Source: an uncultured Chloroflexia bacterium (GTDB lineage: Bacteria > Chloroflexota > Limnocylindria > Limnocylindrales > CSP1-4). From it: DNA of 64,000 nucleotides. The stretch spans positions 305,453 through 369,452 of the forward strand of contig CAVYGJ010000002.1 of assembly GCA_963768035.1 (NCBI GenBank). Reading direction: 5' to 3'. Position 1 is the first letter of the stretch. Each line of letters starts with the position of its first letter. Of the stretch, positions 1 through 11,109 are shown one piece after another. The notes under the pieces are model-generated. The model saw only the letters and a program-made list of their open reading frames with translations, did not search any database and was not told the DNA's origin. The position numbers were made by a program, and so were the translations under genes.

Positions 1-538
1 CCGCCGCCGCCCGGAGCCAGGGGAGCACGCGCTCGGCGAGCGGGCCCTCGTACCAGGTGTCGGCGGCGAGCAGGACATCGACCGAGGGCGGCGGCTCGTC
101 GAGCAGGTCGCGCGTCGAGTAGGCCACGTGGACGTGGTTGGCACGCGCGTTCAGCGCGACGGCCGCCTCGGCGAACGGGTCGACGTCGACCGCGGCGACG
201 TGGTCCGCGCCCGCCTGTGCGGCGACGATGGCGACGAGGCCGCTCCCGGTCGCGAAGTCGAGGACCGTGCGGCCCGCGACCTCGTCGGGATGCTCCTGCA
301 CGTACCGCGCGAGCGCGAGCCCGCCGGCCCACGCGAACGCCCAGAACGGGATCGGCGCCCCGTCGATGCCGAGCGCCTCCTCGACCGCGTGCCACACGGG
401 CTCGACCGCGTCGGCGAGGTGGAGGCGGACGCCCGGGACGCCCTCGACGTCCCGCAGCCGCGTGTGGCGCTGCACGAACGCCCGCCGCTTCGAGAGCGGC
501 AGGCGCCGCGGCTCGTCGGATCGGTCCGGGTCACGCAT
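1..538 (-). CDS. class I SAM-dependent methyltransferase (partial; runs off the window start)
   Basis: Reverse-strand ATG at 538-536. Translation is MRDPDRSDEPRRLPLSKRRAFVQRH...FWAFAWAGGLALARYV...VLDFATGSGLVAIVAAQAGADHVAAVDVDP, with SAM-binding motif I (DFATGSG) and acidic motif II (VDVD). It is absent from the ORF track because it is open at the window edge. Confidence 0.6.
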   Translation of the reverse strand, partial: MRDPDRSDEPRRLPLSKRRAFVQRHTRLRDVEGVPGVRLHLADAVEPVWHAVEEALGIDGAPIPFWAFAWAGGLALARYVQEHPDEVAGRTVLDFATGSGLVAIVAAQAGADHVAAVDVDPFAEAAVALNARANHVHVAYSTRDLLDEPPPSVDVLLAADTWYEGPLAERVLPWLRAAA

Positions 539-761
539 CGCCCGAGGATCGCACGCGTCGGCGCGACCGGCGCCGCGCGCGCGGTCTCACACACCGTGAA
601 CGCACCCACGATCCGGCCGCTCGCGCGGTTGTGCGGTGGTCACGCCTTGGAAACGCCCCGACGGGTCCTTCCGCGGCCTCCATGACCGCGGATCCGCCCG
701 TCGAGGACCGTGCTGGGCGAAGTCACGGTCTCACTGACCACGCGCGGTACACTCCCGCGTC

Positions 762-2573
762 GTGATCATCCCCCAGTCCCGCCTCCGGAACTTCTCGATC
801 ATCGCGCACATCGATCACGGGAAGTCGACGCTGGCGGACCGGCTGCTCGAGACGACCCACACGATCGACGCCCGCCAGATGACGAGCCAGGTCCTCGACT
901 CCATGGATCTCGAGAAGGAGAAGGGGATCACGATCAAGGCGCGCGCGGTGCGCCTCGAGTACAAGGCCGCGGACGGCCTCGTGTACGGCCTCAACCTCAT
1001 CGACACGCCGGGTCACGTGGACTTCGCGTACGAGGTCAGCCGCAGCCTCCAGGCGTGCGAGGGCGCGATCCTCGTGGTCGACGCGGCGCAGGGCATCGAG
1101 GCCCAGACGCTGGCCAACGTCCACCTCGCGATCCGCGAGGGCCTCACGATCATCCCGGTCATCAACAAGATCGACCTGCCGTCCGCGCAGCCCGACGTCG
1201 TGATGGAGGAGCTCGAGAACGTCCTCGCGATCCCGCGCGAGGAGGTGATCCTCGCGAGCGCCAAGGAGGGCCGCGGGATCGACGAGATCCTCGAGGCCAT
1301 CGTGGCCCGCGTGCCGCCGCCCAAGGGCGACCCGACGAAAGAGCTCCAGGCGCTCGTCTTCGACTCCCACTACGACCCCTACAAGGGCGTGCTCTGCTAC
1401 ATCCGGCTGGCGTCGGGGACGATCCGCAGCCACGACCTCATCCGGCTCATGGCGAGCGGCGCCGAGGCGGAGCTCCTCGAGCTCGGCGTGTTCCGCCCGC
1501 AGCTCGTGCCGGTGAAGCAGCTCGTCGCGGGCGAGGTCGGCTACGTCGCGACGGGCCTCAAGAACGTCCGCGAGGCGCAGGTCGGCGACACCGTGACGAC
1601 CGTCGCGAAGCCCGCGGCCGAGCCGCTGCCCGGGTTCCAGGAGGCGAAGAGCCTCGTGTTCGCGGGCCTCTATCCGCTGAGCGGTCCCGACTACCCGCTC
1701 CTGCGCGACGCGCTCGAGAAGCTCCACCTCAACGACGCGAGCTTCACCTACGAGCCCGAGTCGTCGGTCGCGCTGGGCTTCGGGTTCCGGTGCGGCTTCC
1801 TCGGGCTGCTCCACATGGAGATCGTCCAGGAGCGCCTCGAGCGCGAGTTCAACCTCGACCTCATCGCGTCGGCGCCGTCGGTCGAGTACCGCGTCCAGCT
1901 CACGATGAACCGGGGCTGGGTCAACGTCGACAACCCCGCCAAGTTCCCCGACGTGGGCGAGATCGAGTCGATCGAGGAGCCGTGGGTCAAGCTCGGCATC
2001 GTCACGCCGGACCGCTACATCGGCAGCCTCATGGAGCTCACGACGGGCCGTCGGGGCTCGTTCGAGAACATGGAGTACCTCGACCCGCAGCGGGTCCACA
2101 TGCACTTCGAGCTGCCGCTCGCCGAGCTGATCGTCGACTACTACGACCAGCTCAAGAGCCGGACCCAGGGCTACGCGTCGATGGACTACGAGGAGACCGG
2201 CTACCGCTCGGCGAACCTCGTGAAGCTCGACGTGCTCGTCAACGGCGAGCCGGTGGACGCGCTGAGCCTCATCGTCCACCGCGACCGCGCCCAGACGACC
2301 GGCCGGCAGCTCACCGACAAGCTCAAGGAGCTCATCCCGCGCCAGATGTTCGAGGTGCCCATCCAGGCGGCGATCGGCAGCCACGTCGTGGCGCGCGAGA
2401 CCATCCGCGCGATGCGCAAGAACGTCCTCGCGAAGTGCTACGGTGGCGACATCAGCCGCAAGCGGAAGCTGCTCGAGAAACAGAAGGAAGGGAAGCAGCG
2501 GATGAAGCGCGTGGGATCGGTCGAGATCCCGCAGGAGGCCTTCCTCGCCATCCTCAAGATGGGCGACGCGTGA
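762..2573 (+). CDS. lepA: elongation factor 4 (LepA)
   Basis: 603-aa ORF. GTPase motifs [18 protein letters not shown]. LepA-type C-terminus ...[38 protein letters not shown] start with TACACT 8 nt upstream. Confidence 0.97.
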   Translation: MIIPQSRLRNFSIIAHIDHGKSTLADRLLETTHTIDARQMTSQVLDSMDLEKEKGITIKARAVRLEYKAADGLVYGLNLIDTPGHVDFAYEVSRSLQACEGAILVVDAAQGIEAQTLANVHLAIREGLTIIPVINKIDLPSAQPDVVMEELENVLAIPREEVILASAKEGRGIDEILEAIVARVPPPKGDPTKELQALVFDSHYDPYKGVLCYIRLASGTIRSHDLIRLMASGAEAELLELGVFRPQLVPVKQLVAGEVGYVATGLKNVREAQVGDTVTTVAKPAAEPLPGFQEAKSLVFAGLYPLSGPDYPLLRDALEKLHLNDASFTYEPESSVALGFGFRCGFLGLLHMEIVQERLEREFNLDLIASAPSVEYRVQLTMNRGWVNVDNPAKFPDVGEIESIEEPWVKLGIVTPDRYIGSLMELTTGRRGSFENMEYLDPQRVHMHFELPLAELIVDYYDQLKSRTQGYASMDYEETGYRSANLVKLDVLVNGEPVDALSLIVHRDRAQTTGRQLTDKLKELIPRQMFEVPIQAAIGSHVVARETIRAMRKNVLAKCYGGDISRKRKLLEKQKEGKQRMKRVGSVEIPQEAFLAILKMGDA

Positions 2574-2609
2574 CGACGCGCCCCGTCGCCGGCTGCTGAC
2601 GCCCGCCCC

Positions 2610-3393
2610 ATGCCCGAGTTCGACCTCATCGGCCTGCCCGGCATCGACGACGTCCCCGACACGCTGCGGATGCTCATGGCGGTCGGGCTCACCGGGCTCC
2701 TCGTCCTGCTCCGGTTCGACGCCGAGCGGTTCAGCGCCGCCGAGTACAACGACATCGACCGCTGGGGCCGTCGGCCGTCGCTCCTCCGCCGCCTGGCCTG
2801 GTACGCGCTGGGGATCGGCCTGATCCTCGTCGTCCTCAAGGTCCACCCCGATCCGGTCAACGACCTGTACCTGAGCCTCGGCGACCGCGCCGGCGCGCTG
2901 TTCCTCGGCCTCGCCTACGGCGCGATCGGGACCGCGATCGCGATGGGCATCGCGTTCTACCGCTACCACTACCTGCGGTTCCCGGGCCTCCGGCTCTACC
3001 CGGCCAACGTCCTCAACGCGGTCGCGACGGCGTTCTTCGACGAGGCCGTGTTCCGCGGGATGGTGTTCGGGTTCCTGCTCATGACGCCGATGGACGCGAA
3101 CCTCGCGAACCTCACCCAGGCGCTGCTCTACGGCCTGGCGACGCGGCTCGGGGCGCCGGGCCGGCCGTGGTACATGCTCGCGGCGATGGTCGCGATCGGC
3201 CTCGCGGGCGGCTGGCTGACCGGCGATCACGGGCGGCATCGGCGCGGCGTTCATCGGCCACGCGATCACGCGCGTCGCGATCTTCCTCGTGACCGGCCAC
3301 GCCGGGATCCCGAAGCCGAAGGGCACCGAGGACGAGGAGATCGAGCGCCGCCACCGCACGCCCGAGGGCTGGCGCGTCCTCGGACCCCGGTAG
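2610..3393 (+). CDS. polytopic membrane protein, CPBP (CAAX/Abi)-like intramembrane protease family; one frame break near 3222
   Basis: Hydrophobic ORF with an EExxxR-like FFDEAVFRG motif. After ...GGWLT the listed frame turns Arg-rich. The +1 frame from 3223 reads AITGGIGAAFIGHAITRVAIFLVTGHAGIPKPKGTEDEEIERRHRTPEGWRVLGPR, ending at TAG 3391-3393. Confidence 0.5.
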
Positions 3394-3435
3394 CGCCCGT
3401 GGCCGCGTGACGGCCGTGACCTCGTTGCGGCCGCA

Positions 3436-4677
3436 ATGCCCGTGTCGCCCGCCCCGCCCGTCGCGCTCTACGTCCACGTCCCGTTCTGCGTCTCGCTCTG
3501 CCCGTACTGCGACTTCGTCGTGTACGCGGGATCGGCCGCGCGCGGACCGGCGTCGCGCGTGGACGCGTTCACGGGCGCGCTGCTGACCGAGCTCACGCTC
3601 CGGGCGGACGAGGCCGACGCCGCCTTCGGGCGCCCGGGCGAGGCCGGACGCGCGCCGCTCGAGACCGTGTACCTCGGCGGCGGGACGCCGACCCTGCTCC
3701 CCGCCGCATCCATCGAGGCGATCCTGGGCACCGTCCGCGAGCGCTTCGGCATCGCCGACGGGGCCGAGGTCACGATCGAGTCGAACCCGGGCCCGGACGA
3801 GCGCGGCGACGCACGGGCGCTCGTGGCAGCGGGCGTGAACCGGCTCTCGCTCGGCGCCCAGTCGTTCGAGCCGGCCCTCCTCCGACGGCTCGGCCGCCGG
3901 CATCGACCGGGCGACGTCGCCGACGCGGTCGGCGAGGCGCGCGACGCGGGGATCCGCTCCGTGTCGGTCGACCTGCTGTACGACGTGCCGGGGCAGGACG
4001 AGGCGACGTGGGCGACGACGCTCGACGCGGCGATGGGCCTCGGCGTCGACCACGTCTCGGCGTACGCGCTCACGCTCGACGACCCGGACGCCGAGGGCAT
4101 CACCGGGCCGCTCGGGGACCACCTCCCGACGCGGCCGGGCGCCCGCCGCTGGCGCGTGGACGCGGTCCGCGACCAGGACGAGGACGTCGCCGCGGCGCAG
4201 TACGCACACGCCGTCGATCGGCTGGGGGCGGCCGGGCTGCGTGGCTACGAGATCTCGAACTGGGGCCGGCCCGGGCACGAGAGCCGCCACAACCTCGTCT
4301 ACTGGCAGCGCCGCCCGTACGAGGCGGTGGGTCCGGGCGCGCACGCCTTCGACGGCGCCGTCCGCCGCTGGAACGCGGCGCGGCTCGACGGGTACCTGCG
4401 CGCGCTGGCGCCCGCGGACGGGGCGTCGGCGACACTCCCACCCGGCGGCTCGGAGCCGGTCGATCCGGGGACGGCGGCCGCCGAGGCCGTGATCCTCGCC
4501 CTCCGGCTGGACACGGGCCTGTCGATGGCGGACGCCCGGTCCGGGCCGCTCGCGCCGCACCTCGACTGGGCGCTCGACAACGGGCTGCTCGAGCCGTTCG
4601 AGGCCGCCGAGGAGCGCGTGCGCCTCACCACCGGCGGTCGCCTGCTGTCGAACGAGCTGTTCGCCCGGCTGGTCTAG
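3436..4677 (+). CDS. hemW: radical SAM heme chaperone HemW (HemN-like, oxygen-independent coproporphyrinogen oxidase family)
   Basis: 413-aa ORF. N-terminal LYVHVPFCVSLCPYCDF radical-SAM CxxxCxxC motif. Sits near lepA, as in many Gram-positives. Confidence 0.9.
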   Translation: MPVSPAPPVALYVHVPFCVSLCPYCDFVVYAGSAARGPASRVDAFTGALLTELTLRADEADAAFGRPGEAGRAPLETVYLGGGTPTLLPAASIEAILGTVRERFGIADGAEVTIESNPGPDERGDARALVAAGVNRLSLGAQSFEPALLRRLGRRHRPGDVADAVGEARDAGIRSVSVDLLYDVPGQDEATWATTLDAAMGLGVDHVSAYALTLDDPDAEGITGPLGDHLPTRPGARRWRVDAVRDQDEDVAAAQYAHAVDRLGAAGLRGYEISNWGRPGHESRHNLVYWQRRPYEAVGPGAHAFDGAVRRWNAARLDGYLRALAPADGASATLPPGGSEPVDPGTAAAEAVILALRLDTGLSMADARSGPLAPHLDWALDNGLLEPFEAAEERVRLTTGGRLLSNELFARLV

Positions 4678-4782
4678 GGCGCGCGGCCGACTGGGCGTCG
4701 ACCCGGACGCCGGGGCCGCCGGTGGTCGACAATGACGCCGCGGCTACGTGCGTTCCCGGGCCGTCGCAAGGAGAGTCGCGGC

Positions 4783-6512
4783 ATGGGGATGATCGCGTTG
4801 CAGGGAGTGCCGGCCGCACCGGGCGTCGCGCGCGGGGCCTGGGTCCATGTCCGACGCCGGGAGCTGCCCGTCGGCGGGCGCGTGACACCGGGCGGGGAGT
4901 CGGCCGAGGCGGCCCGGTTGCGCGACGCCGCGAACCAGGCGGCGGACGACCTCATGGCGCTGTCCGAGCGGGTCGGCGCCGCCGGCCACGAGGACGAGGC
5001 CGCGATCTTCATGGCCCACGCCGCGATGGCGTGGGACCCGACGCTGATCGACGGCGCGGTCGCGCGGATCACGGGCGAGGGCGAGGACGGCGTCGCCGCG
5101 ATCCAGGCCGCGGGCGCGTCCGTCGCCGCGATGCTCGTGGCGCTCGACGACCCGATCCTGTCGGCGCGCGGCGCTGACGTCATCGACGTGGCGGACCGGA
5201 TCGCGCGCCTGCTCGCCGGGCTCCCGGTCGAGGAGGATCTCCTGCCGTCGCCGGCCGTCGTCGTGGCCGACGACCTGTCGCCCTCGCTCACGGCCACGCT
5301 GCCCCGCGAGCACATCCTGGGGATCGTGCTCGAGGCGGGGTCGCCGACGGCCCACGCCGCGATCCTCGCCCGGGCCTACGGGATCCCGGCGGTCGTGGGT
5401 GTCCGCGGCGTGCTGGCGCTCCTGGCTGCGAGCGGCGCGGGCGCGGAGCTCGCGCTCGACGGCGCCACGGGCGAGGTCGTCCTGGCGCCCGATGCCGCGA
5501 CGATCGCCGACTTCGACGGGCGCGCGGCGCGCGTGACCGCCTCACGGGCGACCGATGCCGCGGAGGCGTCGCTGCCGGCCGTGACGCTCGACGGGCTCGA
5601 GGTGACGCTGCTCGCGAACATCGGGACGCCGGCCGAGGCGGCGCCTGCACGCGCGTTGGGGGCTCGTGGCGTCGGCCTGTTCCGGACCGAGTTCCTGTTC
5701 CTCGAGCGGTCCACGCCGCCGACGGAGGACGAGCAGGCGGCCGCCTATCGCGAGGCCGTCGAGGCCTTCGGTGGCGACCCGGTCACGATCCGGCTGCTCG
5801 ACATCGGGGGCGACAAGCCGATCCCGTACCTGCCGATGCCGGCCGAGGACAACCCGTTCCTCGGGGTGCGGGCGCTCCGCCTCGCCCACGATCGGCCGGA
5901 GCTGTTCGTGACCCAGCTGCGGGCGTGCTACCGGGCGGCCGTCGGCGGGCCCGGTCAAGGTCATGGCGCCGATGGTCGCCGACGCCGGCGACGCCGCGCT
6001 GCTCCTGGAGCTGGCCGCCCGGGCGCGATCGGAGCTGGCGGCGGCCGGCGTCCCGATGGGGCGACGTGGACCTCGGCGTGATGCTCGAGATCCCGTCGGC
6101 GGTGCTCGCCGCGGACTCGTGGTTCGCGGAGGTGTCGTTCGCGAGCCTCGGCACCAACGATCTCACCCAGTACACGCTCGCCGTCGACCGGGGCAACCCC
6201 GCGCTGGAGCGGTACCGCGACGCGATGCACCCGGCCGTCCTGCGGCTGATCTCGATGGCGGCGGAGAGCGCGCAGCGGGCGGGGATCTCCCTCTCGGTGT
6301 GCGGCGAGATGGGCGGCGACCCGGCGGCCGCGCTCGCGCTCGTCGGGCTCGGCGTCACGCAGCTCTCGATGGGCGCGGCGTCGCTGCCCGCCGTCAGGCG
6401 GGCGATCCGCGGGGCGTCGTCGGCGGCGCTTCGGGAGACGGCGCTGCTCGCCCTCCACGACCGCTCGGCCGCGGACGCGCGGGCCCGGTTCACGGCCCTG
6501 CTGCCCGCGTGA
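4783..6512 (+). CDS. ptsI: phosphoenolpyruvate-protein phosphotransferase (PTS enzyme I); two frame breaks (about 5953 and 6060)
   Basis: AAGGAG 9 nt upstream of ATG 4783. MGMIALQGVPAAPGVARG start; phospho-His region GSPTAHAAILARAYGIPAVVG; LFRTEFLF. The protein continues in a second frame (VKVMAPMVADAGDAALLLELAARARSELAAAGVPMG), then a third (DVDLGVMLEIPSAV...GTNDLTQYTLAVDRGN...SVCGEMGGDP). Confidence 0.85.
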
Positions 6513-6922
6513 CGATCGGCGAGCTCGTCCGTGAGCCGGCGCTCGTCTTCGCGTTCGTCTACGCGCTCGCGACGGCCGCTGTCGTCGTGTTCCAGGTCGG
6601 CGTCGCCGCCGGCAAGCCGTGGGGGCCGTACACGATGGGCGGCCGCTACCCCGGCCGGCTGCCGGCCCTGATGCGCGTCGCGGCGCTCGCGCAGGCGGTG
6701 TTCCTCGCGGTCCTCGCGGCGGTCGTCCTCGACGCGGCCGGGGTGGGGGACCTCGGCTGGGTGGCGACGTTCGCCTGGCTGCCGTGGATCCCGGTCGTCG
6801 TCTCGGGCGCGAGCCTCGTGCTCAACGCCTCGAGCTCCAGCGAGCCCGAGAAGCGGACCTGGGTCCCGGTGGCGATCGTGCTCCTCGTCTCCAGCGTGGC
6901 GGTCGCGCTGCTCACCGCGTGA
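6509..6922 (+). CDS. small hydrophobic membrane protein, function unknown
   Basis: GTG 6509 overlaps the ptsI stop (GTGA). Translation VTIGELVREPALVFAFVYALATAAVVVFQVGVAAG... has about four predicted TM stretches. No recognisable motif. Confidence 0.45.
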   Translation: MTIGELVREPALVFAFVYALATAAVVVFQVGVAAGKPWGPYTMGGRYPGRLPALMRVAALAQAVFLAVLAAVVLDAAGVGDLGWVATFAWLPWIPVVVSGASLVLNASSSSEPEKRTWVPVAIVLLVSSVAVALLTA

Positions 6923-6983
6923 GGGTCCACCCTGATGCGTGCGCCGGACGCGGTGTGCGAGAGTTCGCCGGGTGAGGCGAACC

Positions 6984-7331
6984 GTGCTCGTCGTCGACGA
7001 CCACGCCGGCTTCCGCGAGATGGCGCGCGCCCTCGCGGTCTCCGGCGGCCTCGAGGTGGTCGCCGAGGCCGCCGACGGGGCGACCGCGCTGACCCTGTGC
7101 CAGCAGCACCACCCCGACCTCGTCCTGCTCGACATCGGGCTGCCCGACCTCGACGGCTTCGACGTCCGCCGCCGGATCCTCGAGGGGGTCGACCCGCCGG
7201 TCGTCCTGCTCACGTCCTCCCGGGATGCGGCGGCGTATGGCGCGCGGCTCGTCGGGCCCGAGCCCATCGCCTTCGTCCCCAAGGATGAGCTGAGTGTCGC
7301 TGCGCTCGTCGATCTCCTCGCGCCCGACTGA
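6984..7331 (+). CDS. stand-alone response regulator receiver (REC-only) protein
   Basis: VLVVDDHAGFREMARAL...DLVLLDIGLPDLDGF...FVPKDEL carries the acidic pocket, phospho-acceptor Asp and conserved Lys, with no output domain. Start chosen at GTG 6984 (GGTGAGG upstream); the ORF is open from 6939. Confidence 0.8.
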   Translation: MLVVDDHAGFREMARALAVSGGLEVVAEAADGATALTLCQQHHPDLVLLDIGLPDLDGFDVRRRILEGVDPPVVLLTSSRDAAAYGARLVGPEPIAFVPKDELSVAALVDLLAPD

Positions 7332-8904
7332 GATCCCGGCGTCCGCCAGGATCGCGGCGGCGATCGCTGGTGGGATCGCGCTGACGGTCCTCGGCCTCGG
7401 CGGCATCACCGGTCGGCCACCCACGGCGCTCGACCTCGCGGTCGGCTGGGTCGTGCTCGGCTGCGGGATCGGCCTCTGGCGGTCCCGGCCGGCGTCGGCG
7501 AGGTCCGGGACGCTCATGGCGATCACGGGGCTCGCCTGGCTCGCCGGTGGCGTCCTCTACCGCGGGCCCCTCGCGCACCTGCTGCTCGCGTGGCCGGGTG
7601 GGCGCCTCACCTGGCCGCTGCGCGTCGTGACCGCATTCGCGTACGCCGACGCGGTGCTCGAGTCGTGGAACCCCGTGGACGCGATGACCGTCGCCTACGG
7701 CCTGGCGCTCGCGATCGCCGGGCTCGCCCGTGTCGCGACGTCGACGGGTCACGTTCGACGCGGGAGGCTGCCGGCGGCCGCGGGCTCGGTCGCCGTCGGG
7801 GGCCTGCTCGTCGTCGACCGCATCGGGCTCGTCGGGTGCGTCGAACGGATCCGGGCTGCTGGTCCTCTACGAGCTGCTCGTCGCGGTCCTGGTGGTCGTG
7901 CTCACGCTCGACGTCCGGCGGGGCGCGTGGGCGCGCGGCGCGGCGACGGGACTCGTGGTCGAGCTCGGGTCGCGGGCCGGCGGGACGCTGCGGGACCGCC
8001 TCGCGACCGTCCTCGGCGACCCGTCCCTCGTGGTCGGCTATGCACTGCCGGGGGGCGGCTTCGCCGACGAGGCCGGTCGGCCGGTCGACCTGCCGCCGGA
8101 CGGGTCGGGCCGAGCGGTGCTGCCGGTCCGGGAGGGCGCCGAGGTCGTCAGCGTCATCGTCCACGACGCGACGGTCATCGACGACGAGGCGCTCGCGGGT
8201 GCGGTCGCGGCGGCGGCACGGCTCGCGGTCGCGAACGCGCGCCTTCGCGACGAGGTCGACGAGCACGTGCGCGAGCTCGATGCCTCCCAGCGGCGCATCC
8301 TCACGGCGGCCGACGACCAGCGCCGGTCGATCGAACGCCGTCTCGCGGCGGGTGCGCTCGCGCGGCTGGACCGGGTCCGCGGCGATCGTCGACGACGACC
8401 TGCTGTCCGACGTCCTGGGAGCGGCACCAGTCGACGTCCGAGGCGCGGTCCGCGCAGCGGATGACGAGCTCCGGGCATTCGCGCGCGGGGTGTACCCGCC
8501 GGCGCTCACGACCGGCGGTCTCGCCGCTGCCATCGCCGAGCTCGCAGCCGCCGGCACGCTCCCGGTGACGGTGACGATCGCGGGCGGCAGGCTCCCGGTC
8601 GACGTGGAGGCGACCGCGTACTTCGTGTGTGCCGAGGCCCTTGCCAACGCGAGCAAGCACGCCCGCGCGGGCCGGGTGACGATCGCCGGCACGTCCGACA
8701 GGGACGCGCTGCGGCTCGCGATCGCGGATGACGGGGTCGGCGGCGCCGACCCGGCGGGATCGGGACTGCGCGGGCTCCGCGATCGTGTCGCGGCACTCGG
8801 CGGGACGCTGGACGTGGACAGCCCGGCCGGTGGGGGCACCACCGTCCGGGCCGTCATTCCCGTGCGCCCGTCGCACGTCGAGCGTCCGAGGCGCCGGCGG
8901 CTAG
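7294..8904 (+). CDS. HisKA_3-type sensor kinase paralog 1 with a polytopic N-terminus, a His-less H-box and an intact ATPase domain; 2-3 frame breaks (about 7850, 8381, 8862)
   Basis: Three frames join up. The TM-rich N-terminus comes first. Next is ...LRDRLATVLGDPSLVVGYALPGGGFADEAGRPVDLPPDG...AADDQRRSIERRLAAGALARL. Last is ...ELRAFARGVYPPAL...EATAYFVCAEALANASKHA...DDGVGGADPAGSGLRGLRDRVAALGGTL...VIP. The probable end is ...PCARR... at TAG 8902-8904. Start is uncertain. Confidence 0.7.
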
Positions 8905-10306
8905 CCCTCCTGGCGCACCCACGGCAGGGCGCGGATCGGCGCCGGGGTGACCGCCTTCGCCTTCGCAGGCAGGCTCAGCGACAGCTGGTCCTGGAACAGG
9001 CTCCAGGTGAACTCGAACAGCTCCCCGTTCGCCCGGATGACGACCAGCTGGTGGTCGTCCGTCCAGCGGGTAGGCCCCAGGCGTCCGGGCCGGCGGAACC
9101 GGCGCCCGTCTCGCGGAACGTCCCGCGATCGAACGTCATCGTCGTGCAGCCCTCGTTGATCTGCGCCTCGTCCGGGAGCCCGCCCGCGGCGATGATGTCG
9201 GCCTGGGTGGGGCAGGCCGACCACGTGCCGTCGATGGCGGTGGCCACGCCCGCTTGCGCCACCGGCTTCGTCGCGTCGACAGGACAGGCGAGGCTGTCGC
9301 CGGCACCGGTGCGGAGCGCGGCGATCGCGTCGATGGCAGTGCTCGTCGTGGCGTCGGACCGCAGGCTGGCGTACACCGGCTCGACCGCGGCGCGGAGCGC
9401 ATCGACGTCGTCCGAGGACGCCTCGATGAACCGCACGCCGTTGCGGCAGGCGGCGTCGACCACCTGCTCGTCGCCCAGCCGGAGGTCGTCGATCATGGTG
9501 TCCGTCGATGCCCGGATCGCGTCGCGCAGCGCCGCCTGCTGCTCGGGGGGAGGGCCGCGAAGCGCTCCTTGTTCACGATCACCGAGATCGGGCGCGGCCA
9601 CAGGACGACGTTGCCGGTGACCACTCCGATCGCGGCCGGGCCGTCCATCCGCATCGCCTCGACCTGCGCCTCGATCCCGTCGAGCGCGCCGATGTCTCCA
9701 CCCGGGACGATCGGCTCGTGCGTGCGCGCCGAGCGCGGCGAGCGTCGCCTCGCTGATCGACGACTTGGTGATCGCGAGGTTCGCGCCGGCGAAGCTCGCG
9801 GGCGTCGTGAACGCGCGCTGACGCCCGCCCGGCACGCGGAGAGGACCAGGCAGGAGCCCGACCGACGTGAGCCCGAGGGCGTCCAGCCCGGCGCCGGCGC
9901 CGTCGAGGATCGAGCTCTGGAGGACCGACCGCTCAAGGTCCAGGCTGTCGATGAGGAACGGCGCGTGGAGGGCATCGAAGTCGTGGATGTCGTACTCGGT
10001 CCACGCCCGAGTGCCGACGAAGGCTGCGTCCAGGGCCCCAGACCGCACCCGCTCGATGATGTCGTGCTCGAATGCCGGCGTCGTGGCGTCCACGTCCGCG
10101 ACGTCGAGACGGACGAGGTCGCCCGTGGCCTGTGACACCCGGCGCGCGTACGCCGCGACCTCGTCGGGGTTGAACCCCGTCTCCGCGTGGAGGACGACCG
10201 GCGCGGCCGGTTCATTGCCGAGCCTGTCCACGGCCTGGCCGCAGGCCGTCGTCGTGACGGCCAGCGCGACGAGGGAACCGAGGACGAGCGATCGCATCCG
10301 AGTCAT
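8901..10306 (-). CDS. orphan DctP/TRAP-type solute-binding lipoprotein with an extra C-terminal domain; at least 3 frame breaks (about 9727, 9545-9550, 9075)
   Basis: AGGAGG SD before ATG 10306. Lipoprotein-like signal MTRMRSLVLGSLVALAVTTTAC. DctP-like body (...GLDALGLTSVGLLPGPLRVPGG...ANLAITKSS...GALDGIEAQVEAMRMDG...VIVNKERFAALPPEQQAALRDAI) is spread over three frames. One break lies in a C6 run at 9545-9550. No DctQ/DctM genes are nearby. Confidence 0.65.
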
Positions 10307-10511
10307 CGTGACACCTCCTGTGATGGTCGGATCAGCCTGCGATCGCGAGCCCCGCGCGCCATCCGGCGCCACCCGCGAACTGCCGCGCACCACGTGAGGG
10401 TCTGCACCGAGGTCGTGCGAGGGCGGCCACTGTGTCGCGGCGCCGCGCTGACACCTAGCGTCGACCGGGACATCGCGGCGGACGCCCGCGGTACGGACGG
10501 AGGGTCGTCAC

Positions 10512-11032
10512 ATGACCCAGCTCATCGGCACCCGCGGGCTCCATCGGCCCTCGCGGCTCGGGATCGCGCTCGGGCTCATCGCCGCGGCCATCGCGGTCGC
10601 GCCGGCCGCCGCCGCACGGCCGGTGGTCACTCGAGTCGTGAACATCGGGTTCCACATCGAGCAGCACTTCGACGCGGACCCGTCGTGTGGTCCGTTCGCC
10701 ATCGGCGTCACCGAGATCGCCGACGGCAACTCCCACCTCGTGATCGTCGACGACGGGACGCGCCTGGCGATCACGTCGGCGAGACCTTCCGGATCACGGC
10801 GATCCCGGACGATCCGACGATCGCCTCCAACACCCGACAGGGGACGGACTCGGGGCACTTCCTGATCAAGCGCAACGGCGACCTCGTCGTCCACGAGTCG
10901 TTCCACGACTACGGCGTGGCCGCCTGGGATCTCGACGCGAAGATCCGCCTCTCGACCACGTTCATCACCCACAACGGCGAGGTCCAGGTCGACCACGGGA
11001 TCTTCAACGACATGCCGCCCGACGGCTGCTGA
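10512..11032 (+). CDS. secreted protein of unknown function; one frame break (about 10757-10785)
   Basis: GGAGGG SD. Signal-like N-terminus MTQLIGTRGLHRPSRLGIALGLIAAAIAVAPAAAA. The C-terminal part (GETFRITAIPDDPTIASNTRQGTDSGHFLIKRNGDLVVHESFHDYGVAAWDL...DMPPDGC) lies in a second frame. Confidence 0.4.
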
Positions 11033-11109
11033 TCGTGCCGAAGGCGGACCCGGCCGGCGATCGCGCCCGGCCGGGTTCCTCCTTGAGGTGGGCACGTTGG
11101 GCTGTCAGG

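Noticed and set aside
723-3359. 878-aa reverse-strand ORF antisense to lepA and the following gene. Similar giants occur at 15690-17765, 20631-25082, 24941-27034 and 38867-41425 (reverse), and 18448-20955 (forward).
   Set aside because: They lie exactly opposite confidently identified genes, are Arg/Asp/Glu/Pro-rich low-complexity sequence without any motif, and are the expected shadow ORFs of very GC-rich DNA.
7590-9620. 676-aa forward ORF continuing from the kinase 1 ATPase domain across the DctP-like gene.
   Set aside because: After ...RAVIP the sequence is antisense to the reverse-strand binding-protein gene and is junk. The kinase most likely ends at TAG 8902-8904 after a 1-nt shift.
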